Below, piece by piece: positions 10,450 through 22,096 of a DNA stretch of 64,000 bases; the first letter of the stretch is position 1; each line of letters opens with the position of its first letter. The notes under the pieces are model-generated. The model was not told the DNA's origin. It worked only from the letters and a program-made list of their open reading frames with translations, and did no database searches. The DNA lies in the NCBI GenBank assembly GCA_002437115.1, contig DJOD01000049.1, positions 1,752 to 65,751 on the forward strand. The letters run 5' to 3'. The position numbers and the translations under genes are program-made. This DNA comes from Prevotella sp. UBA6447 (GTDB lineage: Bacteria; Bacteroidota; Bacteroidia; Bacteroidales; Bacteroidaceae).

Positions 10450-11571
10450 ATGCGTATAGCTTACATCATTAATCATTTAGGTCCATCTGGAGTCAACCAA
10501 GTTGTTGCTGACTTGGTTTCCGTGTTTACTGCACATGGCCATGAGTGTGTGGTCTATTACTTGAAAGAGTGTGACACGCCCATGGACTATGCCTGTAATA
10601 CAGTGTATCTGCGAGCGGTGACAGATATTGTCGGAACTTTTGATGTAGTCCATGCCCATGGACTTGGGCCTATGTTGTATGTGGCGAGACATAAGCGTGA
10701 TTTGGCTAAGCGAAATGGGAGGCAATGTCGCCCGCTTTTTATCACAACGCTTCATTGTTATTGTTTCCAAGACCTACCCAGCCTTTACGGTTGGGTAAAA
10801 GGTGGTCTGATGGCATTTGCCTATCTATGGAGCACATTGTGGCAAGACCGTGTTGTTTGCCTTTCTAAGGATATGATGAACTATTACTCACGGTGGATCA
10901 AACGCAGTAAGCTGCGTTATGTTTACAACACGCGTATTTTGCCGAGCCGAAAAGACATAACCTATGACGCAGATGACTTGAAACTCGTTGAGAATTTGAA
11001 GGTATGGCATGAGAAGGGGTATCATGTAATTGGTATGAATGGTGTGTTGATATATCGTAAAGGGGTCGAATTGATGCTCCTTGCCCTGAAGCAGTTAAAC
11101 CAATCGAAAGATCAGTATCGCCTGGTGTTGGTGGGAGATGGTAAAGACAAAGAGGGTTTTGTGAGGCTCTGTGATTCGCTTGGTCTGTGTGGTCAGGTCC
11201 TGTTTGCAGGCCATCGTCGTGAAGCATACCGTTTCTTACCCTATTATGACGTGTTGGCCATGCCCAGCCTTTCAGAAGGTTTCCCCTTAAGTTTGCTGGA
11301 GGCAGCTGCCTATGGCAAGAGGGTGGTGGTTAGTGATTTGCCAATCGTGAAGGAGTGTTTCGGTGAGGCGTTTCTGACGTCAGCTCATGAAAGTCAAGTG
11401 GTATTTGTTTTTGATGTTTCTTCTCAGAAAGAAAAGACTGTTGAAAGGTTGGCTCAGGCTTTGGATAATGCGATGGCAGATAATAAAGTAGGAGAGCGAT
11501 TGCAATCCCGGTACAAGGGAAATTTTATGCCCGAGATATTTTTTGACCGGTATGAAGTTTTGTACAAATAG
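10450..11571 (+). CDS. GT4 glycosyltransferase
   Basis: VVHAHG, RKGVEL, PSLSEGFPLSLLEAA. Confidence 0.9.
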   Translation: MRIAYIINHLGPSGVNQVVADLVSVFTAHGHECVVYYLKECDTPMDYACNTVYLRAVTDIVGTFDVVHAHGLGPMLYVARHKRDLAKRNGRQCRPLFITTLHCYCFQDLPSLYGWVKGGLMAFAYLWSTLWQDRVVCLSKDMMNYYSRWIKRSKLRYVYNTRILPSRKDITYDADDLKLVENLKVWHEKGYHVIGMNGVLIYRKGVELMLLALKQLNQSKDQYRLVLVGDGKDKEGFVRLCDSLGLCGQVLFAGHRREAYRFLPYYDVLAMPSLSEGFPLSLLEAAAYGKRVVVSDLPIVKECFGEAFLTSAHESQVVFVFDVSSQKEKTVERLAQALDNAMADNKVGERLQSRYKGNFMPEIFFDRYEVLYK

Positions 11572-11590
11572 TACCTTGTTGTATGTATAG

Positions 11591-11857
11591 GATGATGAAA
11601 CTGGTATCTGCGGGTACAATTAGGGCTACGGGCCTTTTGCTGTTGCGTTGTTGCTTCTTGGTATTATTGCTATTGTCTGTTTCATGGCATTTAAATCTGT
11701 CAATTGTGCCATATGTTTTGCCGGTGTCTTATCTTATATCGGCTGCTACTCTAAATCATTTGTTTTCAATTGGTTATATCTATTCATGTACGTAACATTC
11801 TCTATTGTCTTCAATTGGTGGGCATTGCTTTGTGAAAAATTTAACGGACTATTGTAG
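11591..11857 (+). pseudogene. Remnant of a membrane protein, possibly the C-terminal part of an acyltransferase_3
   Basis: One frame reads DDETGICGYN*GYGPFAVALLLLGIIAIVCF...LSYIGCYS, with an in-frame TAG at 11621 and no good start. Confidence 0.35.
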
Positions 11858-11982
11858 TAAGTATATATTTCAGTACTTTGCTAAGAGAAATGGTATTCTT
11901 TTTAAAATAATATAGAAATGCTGAAAATCGAAGTATTAGCAATTTGTTTGGAGAAAATAGAAGATCATTTGAAATAATAAAT

Positions 11983-13005
11983 ATGAGTTTGAATGTAATT
12001 GTTGATCCGAGAAACAAAATGCTATTCTCCTCATATTATATTGAGGGATTGCGGGCTATGTATGGGGATTCTTCATTGGTCTTTTCTTTATCTCCTTTTC
12101 AAGAATTGGACCGGAGTAAGGATTTCTCTTATGATCATTACATGTGTTTTGTGGTGCAACGTGAGGACCGAGAGACTCGGTTCATCATCGATTTTTATGA
12201 CTCTACTTCTATTTCCCAAGAGGCCTACAGGTGGTGTGATGTGTATGCGAAGATCAATATTTCCTTTGACACGAAGATGGAGGATTGGCCTAAGTTGATA
12301 TCTATCCCTCCAGGGTTTGGCGTTAGGAGTCATGGTATTGTCTGCACGTTGATGGAAGGCATAAAAAACCTGGTGCGAATGCGATTCCATTCTATTAACG
12401 GTCTTTACTGCCAGCTTTACGATACATATGCGCTGACTTTACGTAGGCCTTTGTACATGTATGAAAAAGTAATTTGCCCTTCGGAAGGGTATGTTTTCCA
12501 TGCCTCGACTTTATGGTCTCATGACAACTGCATGCAACTGACAAATCCCTATCGAGCCACTTTTATTCGTACTTGCCGGTCGCTTTCTGACATTCAGTTT
12601 GAAGGCGGATTGGTAAAGACACATGGCAAAATACCTGCGGATTATACAGATGTGACGACAGACAAGCGCTATACGCTTGACGAATATTTCGAGAAGACGA
12701 TGCATTCTATGTTTGTGTTTAATACGCCTGCTGTCCATCAATGCCATGGTTGGAAGTTGGGCGAATACTTTGCTATGGGAAAGGCAATCGTTTCTACGCC
12801 CATTTCCAATCGTCTACCATTTCCGTTTGAAGATGGGAACCATTTACTTGTTGTACATGACCATGATGAATTGGTTGCAGCTATCATTCGGCTGTCTAAG
12901 GATGAAGATTTAAGGCAAAGACTTGAGGCATCGTCTCGCAATATTTACAAGCAATATAGTTCTCCTGTAGCGGTAATGCATCATGTGATTAGTAAAATTA
13001 AATAA
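11983..13005 (+). CDS. Glycosyltransferase (GT-B fold C-terminal domain)
   Basis: FNTPAVHQCHGWKLGEYFAMGKAIVSTP motif; ATG 11983 after an AT-rich leader. Confidence 0.75.
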   Translation: MSLNVIVDPRNKMLFSSYYIEGLRAMYGDSSLVFSLSPFQELDRSKDFSYDHYMCFVVQREDRETRFIIDFYDSTSISQEAYRWCDVYAKINISFDTKMEDWPKLISIPPGFGVRSHGIVCTLMEGIKNLVRMRFHSINGLYCQLYDTYALTLRRPLYMYEKVICPSEGYVFHASTLWSHDNCMQLTNPYRATFIRTCRSLSDIQFEGGLVKTHGKIPADYTDVTTDKRYTLDEYFEKTMHSMFVFNTPAVHQCHGWKLGEYFAMGKAIVSTPISNRLPFPFEDGNHLLVVHDHDELVAAIIRLSKDEDLRQRLEASSRNIYKQYSSPVAVMHHVISKIK

Positions 13006-13069
13006 ACACGAATATCTCGAATCGTACGAATATGTGCTGCGCTATGTTATTCTTTACTGATGCACAGTA

Positions 13070-13330
13070 ATGGAAAAATTAAATAAAAGTGTTATGACAG
13101 GCAAGAGCAACAAGTATGTACCGCTTGATCGGTTTAATCGTCAAACGATCGAGCTGGATGAGTCGCTTTATGAAGATGATGAGGATATGAAATATCTTCT
13201 GCGTCGACTGAAGGAGGCTGTTGATGACAGTGAGCTTCGTCAGGCGATGGACAGGGAAGATGAGGTGCAGGCCGCTATTATGGAACAACATGCACCATCG
13301 CTTACGGATGACAAACAGCAAGAAGATTAG
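13070..13330 (+). pseudogene. Fragment resembling the C-terminal region of Bacteroidales Rpn/PD-(D/E)XK-like proteins
   Basis: IELDESLYEDDEDMKYLLRRL..A..D.ELR.AMD.EDE recalled from this family; no nuclease N-terminus; sits at the GC boundary. Confidence 0.4.
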
Positions 13331-13380
13331 ATTGCAAGAATTGGTTCCGATGACGTGTGATTATGACATAACTGTTCTTT

Positions 13381-14214
13381 ATGCGACAAGACTTTGATTT
13401 TTCGGTGGCCATGTCCATCTACAAGAATGATGACCCGTGCTATTTGCGGACGGCCATCGACAGCACCTACCAACAGACGCTGCCGCCGTCGGAGGTGGTG
13501 ATGGTGGGCGATGGGCCGCTGCCCGAGGCGTTGACGGCGGTGGTCAGGGAGTTGGAACAGCAGTATCCGACGCTGCGGTTTCTGCCGCAGGCGGTGAACC
13601 GCGGACTGGGCGAGGCCCTGCGCGTGGCCTGCGAGAACTGCCGTTACGACTACATCGCTCGTATGGACTCCGACGACATCTGCCTGCCCGACCGCTTCGA
13701 GAAGCAGATGCGCGTGTTCCGCGAAGATCCCGATGTGGGCATGGTGGGTGGCATGATCACCGAGTTTGTGGGCGACCCCGAGAACGTGGTCGACAGCCGC
13801 ATCTTGCCGCTCGACAACGCGGGCATCTACCGCATGATGCGTACGCGTTGCGGGGTCAACCATGTGACGGTCATCATCCGCAAGGCCGACCTCATGGCCG
13901 CCGGCAACTACAGTGGGCGCTTCCGCCAGGAGGACTTCTACCTCTGGGCAAGGCTGATGAAGAACCATGTGAAGATACGCAACATCAGCGATGTGGTGGT
14001 CAATGTGCGGTCGGGTGCCGACCAGTTTGCGCGGCGCGGCGGCATGAGCTATTTCCGTGAGCACATGAAGGTTTTCCGGTTTATGCATGACGAGGGGCTC
14101 ATCTCTTATCCGGTGTTGCTCCAGAACTATGTGTTGCGCTTTGCCCAGGTGGCCTTCCCCACGCGGTTGCGCACCTGGGTCTACCAGCATCTGTTGCGCC
14201 ATAGCCACCGTTGA
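13381..14214 (+). CDS. GT2 glycosyltransferase (AmsE-like)
   Basis: FSVAMSIY, DGPL, NRGLGEAL, ARMDSDDI..PDRFEKQ, EDFYLW. Confidence 0.9.
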   Translation: MRQDFDFSVAMSIYKNDDPCYLRTAIDSTYQQTLPPSEVVMVGDGPLPEALTAVVRELEQQYPTLRFLPQAVNRGLGEALRVACENCRYDYIARMDSDDICLPDRFEKQMRVFREDPDVGMVGGMITEFVGDPENVVDSRILPLDNAGIYRMMRTRCGVNHVTVIIRKADLMAAGNYSGRFRQEDFYLWARLMKNHVKIRNISDVVVNVRSGADQFARRGGMSYFREHMKVFRFMHDEGLISYPVLLQNYVLRFAQVAFPTRLRTWVYQHLLRHSHR

Positions 14215-14249
14215 CTCGTTGAGCCTTCATGTCGCATGCTTCTTGACGA

Positions 14250-15089
14250 ATGTTGCAACCCTTGAAACGTGCCTTGTGCCGCCTGCTGCAGGCCCGCTGG
14301 GCCATTGCCTTCTGGGAGGACGGGCGGCTCATGGTGGCGGGCAATCCCTATCGGGACTGTTGGTTTGCCGACCCTTTCATTGTGGATGCCGATGAGCGGA
14401 CGGTGACACTCCTCGTGGAGGACTTTTCGCTCAACACGCAGAAAGGCACCATCTCGGAGCTCACCATTGACCGCGCGACGTGGAAGATCTGCTGTCGCCG
14501 CACCGTACTCGAAGAGCCGTTGCAGTTGAGCTTCCCTTATGTTGTGCGGCGTGAGGGCAGTCGGGTGTGGTTCATGCCCGAGAGCTCACGTGCCGGTCGC
14601 CTGTCGGTCTATTGCTATGACCGCACGGATGGCTGTTGCCATCGCGAGCACGACCTGGTGGTGGCCGACCTCTCCGATGCCATCCTGGTCGACGGCCATG
14701 TGCTGGCAACCCGTGGCAGGGGTCTCAACGGCAACGTGCTCCATGTCTATCGCCCCCATGGCGACGGCTTCGAGGAGATTCCCGCGCTGACGTTCGCAGA
14801 GAATGTGGCGCGCAACGCTGGCGCCGTCTTCGAGCACGCTGGCAAGCGTTACCGCCCGGCCCAGGTGTGCAACGAGTGGTATGGCGAGGCCATCAGCATC
14901 CAGGAGGTGACGGGTGCCGAGGGCCATTGGACGATGAAAGAGGTGCGGCGCGTCACGCCCCCCGAAGGCTTTGAGGGCATCCACACGCTCAACCACTACA
15001 AGGACTTGTGGGTGACCGACCTGAAATATTATCCCCATCCGTGGCTATCCAAGTGGACCTACGCCTTGCTCGGGAGGACTGACCTGTGA
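14250..15089 (+). CDS. Beta-propeller protein similar to the GINT1 N-terminal / GH43-like domain
   Basis: WFADPF, LSFPY, MPES, RNAG, RPAQ, YG, HTLN motifs. Confidence 0.6.
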   Translation: MLQPLKRALCRLLQARWAIAFWEDGRLMVAGNPYRDCWFADPFIVDADERTVTLLVEDFSLNTQKGTISELTIDRATWKICCRRTVLEEPLQLSFPYVVRREGSRVWFMPESSRAGRLSVYCYDRTDGCCHREHDLVVADLSDAILVDGHVLATRGRGLNGNVLHVYRPHGDGFEEIPALTFAENVARNAGAVFEHAGKRYRPAQVCNEWYGEAISIQEVTGAEGHWTMKEVRRVTPPEGFEGIHTLNHYKDLWVTDLKYYPHPWLSKWTYALLGRTDL

Positions 15090-16123
15090 GAATAGCTTAC
15101 ATCATCCCCTCGCTCTATCGCATGACACCCAACCAGGTGGTGCTGCAGCTCGTCCAAGGCATGATGGCGCGTGGCCATGAGTGCCGCGTGTTTTATTTTG
15201 ACCCTCCCACGGCCGACATCATGACCTTCCCTTGTCCGTCCAGGCGCATCTGTCTCTTGCGTCGCGAGGACCTGTCGGCCTACGATGTGGTGCACACCCA
15301 TGGCTTGCGCCCCAATCTCTATGTGTGGCTCCATCGCCTGCCTGCCGCGGTGCGCACGGTGTCCACCGTTCACAGTTACATCTTCGAAGAGTTTCGCTCC
15401 ATCTATGGCCGCGCGCTGGGCACGCTGTTTGGCCAACTCTTCGTGCGCACACTGTCCCACCATCAGCGGGTGGTGACGCTCAGCCGCCATGCCGTCGACT
15501 ATTACGCGCGTTGGATCAGCCGGGAGCGTCTCACCTATTGTTACAATGGCGTGGAGCCACTGGCCTTAGATGCGCCCCTTCCCGAAGCCGACCGCCAACT
15601 GATCCTTGCCCACAAGGGTGATGGTGTCCTGGTGGGCAATATCTGCTTTTTCGACAAGATCAAGGGTCTCGACGTGCTTCTCCGAGCCCTGTCGCTGTTG
15701 CCCTCGTCCTTTCGGTTGTTGCTCATAGGCGGAGGAGCGGAGGAGCGTTCCTTGCGCCGTCTGGCCGCGCGGCTGTGCCCTGGTCGCGTGCTCTTCTTAG
15801 GCAGTCGCCGCCAGGCGTCGCGCTATCTGCCACTGGTCGATGTCTTCGCGCAGACCTCCTGGAGCGAGGGGTTCTGCCTGTCGATGGCCGAGGCGGCGCT
15901 GGCCCATGTGCCCATCGTGTCGACCGACATACCGGGCATGCGCGAGAAGTATGGTGCAGATGAGGTCACTTATTTCCCAGCTGGCAATGTGCGGGCGCTT
16001 GCCGCCTCCCTCCAGGTGGCTGCCCTAACTCGCCGTGGGGTCGGCCGTGCTTCCCGAAAGGTGCGATCGCAGTTTTCGATTTCTCAAATGGTTTCGCGCT
16101 ATGAGCAAATTTACCAAAGCTGA
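15086..16123 (+). CDS. GT4 glycosyltransferase
   Basis: VVHTHG, IKGLDVL, SWSEGFCLSMAEA; GTGA overlap; paralogous to 10450-11571. Confidence 0.9.
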   Translation: MRIAYIIPSLYRMTPNQVVLQLVQGMMARGHECRVFYFDPPTADIMTFPCPSRRICLLRREDLSAYDVVHTHGLRPNLYVWLHRLPAAVRTVSTVHSYIFEEFRSIYGRALGTLFGQLFVRTLSHHQRVVTLSRHAVDYYARWISRERLTYCYNGVEPLALDAPLPEADRQLILAHKGDGVLVGNICFFDKIKGLDVLLRALSLLPSSFRLLLIGGGAEERSLRRLAARLCPGRVLFLGSRRQASRYLPLVDVFAQTSWSEGFCLSMAEAALAHVPIVSTDIPGMREKYGADEVTYFPAGNVRALAASLQVAALTRRGVGRASRKVRSQFSISQMVSRYEQIYQS

Positions 16124-17237
16124 ACAACTGTTCCTCCAACTCTACCGCCATGCCCTGTGGGCCGATGTGCCAGGGCGTGAGCCTTCGTTCGTGGATGCGG
16201 CTGATGCGGCCACCTGGCAACGGGTGGCCGACGTGGCTGAGGCGCAAACCTGTACGGGGCTCCTTGCCGATGCCCTGGCGCAGCTGCCTGCAGACCGTCG
16301 TCCGCCCAAGCCCATCTACTTCTCCGTCGTCACGGCCACGGCCGATGCCGAGGATGCCAATCGCAAGATGAATCACTACTTGTGCGGCCTGTTCCCCATG
16401 CTGGCCCGTCATGGCATTCGGGCGTGGCTGCTCAAGGGACAGGGCTTGGCTCGCTGCTATCCGCAGCCGTTGCACCGCATGCCGGGCGACATCGATGTGC
16501 TCATCCCCCGCGAGGAGGAGTTCCAGCGTGCCGTGAGGCTCTTCGCCGGTCACCTACCTGCCGATGAGCCTACGAGCAGCCATGAGCGACTGTTTCATCT
16601 CGACGATGTGCTGATAGAGCTTCATGGCAAGATTGTCACCGACCTCAACCCGCGTCTGCGTCGCCACTTCCCTGCGTGGAGCCAAGCTTGCTACGCGCAA
16701 CAGCCCGTTGTGTGGGGCGATGTGGCCTTGCCCCCCACGGCTTTCGATGCCGTCTTCGTGTTTCTTCACCTTGCGCGCCATTATGTGGGAGGAGGCGTTG
16801 GCTTGCGACAGGTGGCCGACTGGATGCGTTTCCTCTTTGTTCACCGAGCCCAGGCTGGAGAGCAGCCCATTGATGCCGTGCGGCTCTTGCGCGACATCGA
16901 CCGCCTGGGTCTTCGCCGCTTGTGGGTGGCGTTTGCTGCCATGGCCGTCCACCGCCTGGGCTTCCCGTCTGCTGCCATGCCCCTTTTCGATGGTGCGCCC
17001 CGTTACCGCAGGGTGGCCGACGCGGTGCTGCGCAACATCCTCGATGAGGGAAACTTTGGCCACCACGATGCGGCCATGGCCTATCGGCCGTCGGGCTTCG
17101 TGGCCGGAAAGGCTTACTCGTTTCTCGTGCAGTCGCGCCGCATGGCGCGCAACCTCTGCCTCTTCCCCGTCGAAACGCTTTATTGCTTCCCCTTGCTTGT
17201 ACGTGACGGACTCAGTAGGGTGATGAGCCGACAGTGA
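16101..17237 (+). CDS. Nucleotidyltransferase family protein (NTP_transf_5-like)
   Basis: LLKGQGLA..YP.P..R..GDID.L, IELH, GVGLRQVADW, GNFG. Confidence 0.85.
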   Translation: MSKFTKAEQLFLQLYRHALWADVPGREPSFVDAADAATWQRVADVAEAQTCTGLLADALAQLPADRRPPKPIYFSVVTATADAEDANRKMNHYLCGLFPMLARHGIRAWLLKGQGLARCYPQPLHRMPGDIDVLIPREEEFQRAVRLFAGHLPADEPTSSHERLFHLDDVLIELHGKIVTDLNPRLRRHFPAWSQACYAQQPVVWGDVALPPTAFDAVFVFLHLARHYVGGGVGLRQVADWMRFLFVHRAQAGEQPIDAVRLLRDIDRLGLRRLWVAFAAMAVHRLGFPSAAMPLFDGAPRYRRVADAVLRNILDEGNFGHHDAAMAYRPSGFVAGKAYSFLVQSRRMARNLCLFPVETLYCFPLLVRDGLSRVMSRQ

Positions 17238-17331
17238 CCGCGCGCGATGCTTCTTTCCCTGTCCTGTCTGGGTTACGCATCTTTACAAAATGTCGCTCAG
17301 AAATGTCGCGGAATCCAGCGCGAACCCTTTT

Positions 17332-17510
17332 GTCCGTAAATACGCCCTATTTTTGCTGGTTTTTGCAACTGGCTGTAAGCCAGCGAAATGTGATGCTCTG
17401 GCATCGTGTGTTGGTGCGCTTTCGCGCTTTTCTGCTGGAGATAAAGGCCTTGTTGAGCCGCGATAAGGCCTTTATTGACGCGCGATGCGGGCTTTATTGA
17501 TTCTCGATAG
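17332..17510 (+). repeat. Intergenic element copy 1: palindromic core (17332-17390) plus 22-bp-period repeats (17440-17510)
   Basis: GATAAAGGCCTTGTTGAGCCGC / GATAAGGCCTTTATTGACGCGC / GATGCGGGCTTTATTGATTCTC / GATAG starting at 17440, 17462, 17484, 17506. Confidence 0.65.
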
Positions 17511-17765
17511 ATGTCAGGAGATGGCTCCATGGAGCATCTTTTGGGACGAGAAAAGGAAGGAAAAGGTTGTTTTTGCATCGTCTGCCACCTTGCGAGTGGT
17601 CAGAACCTACTGGTAGGCACGCCAGAAGGCCAGGTGTGGAGACATGCTTTTTTCAAGAAAAGTCACGACATCCCGAATGATGTCGGATGCCCAGATGCCG
17701 TTTCATAGAGTGGGGGGATTGTATTTGCAACACCCAAAAATGTTTTGCGATTTGTGCTTGTTTTA

Positions 17766-17797
17766 TTTGCGCAAAGCATGTAAAAAGCGTAACTTTG
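17766..17797 (+). promoter_or_regulatory. Bacteroidota sigma-A promoter for the GH2 gene
   Basis: TTTG at 17766-17769 and TAACTTTG at 17790-17797. Confidence 0.7.
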
Positions 17798-17841
17798 TGG
17801 AAAATTACACGCTTGTCAGCAACTACAATCTATCTTAATAA

Positions 17842-21855
<4,014 letters not shown>

Positions 21856-21880
21856 GCTTTGCACTGGAGATTCTCAGTTT

Positions 21881-21925
21881 TTCGGCCTCGGCCGTGGCGC
21901 GATTGTCGCCACGGCCGAGGCCGAA
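21881..21925. repeat. Perfect 19-bp inverted repeat (hairpin) downstream of the GH2 gene
   Basis: TTCGGCCTCGGCCGTGGCG-CGATTGT-CGCCACGGCCGAGGCCGAA; no clear U-tract. Confidence 0.85.
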
Positions 21926-22054
21926 TCATTCATGGTCGTCTGCAATGTGCGAACGATGCCAAGTGGAGTTGTCATTCCAATGGACGGAAGGACAAAAAAA
22001 CATTAATTTTTGCACCTTTTTTGCAAAAGCGTGCACATTGATTGAAATGTTTCG

Positions 22055-22062
22055 TACCTTTG
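22055..22062 (+). promoter_or_regulatory. -7 promoter element
   Basis: TACCTTTG ending 34 nt before ATG 22097. Confidence 0.6.
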
Positions 22063-22096
22063 CTGACTAACAAACAAGCCTAATAAATTCATCGTT

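Noticed and set aside
1..17237. Invertible promoter or UpxY control of the capsule locus
   Set aside because: The 5' end of the locus lies outside the window, so it cannot be assessed
17440..17510. Periodic repeats as a CRISPR array
   Set aside because: Degenerate 22-bp period with no unique spacers and no cas genes
17234..17838. Short ORFs in the intergenic region
   Set aside because: No recognisable protein features; they overlap the repeat element and promoter
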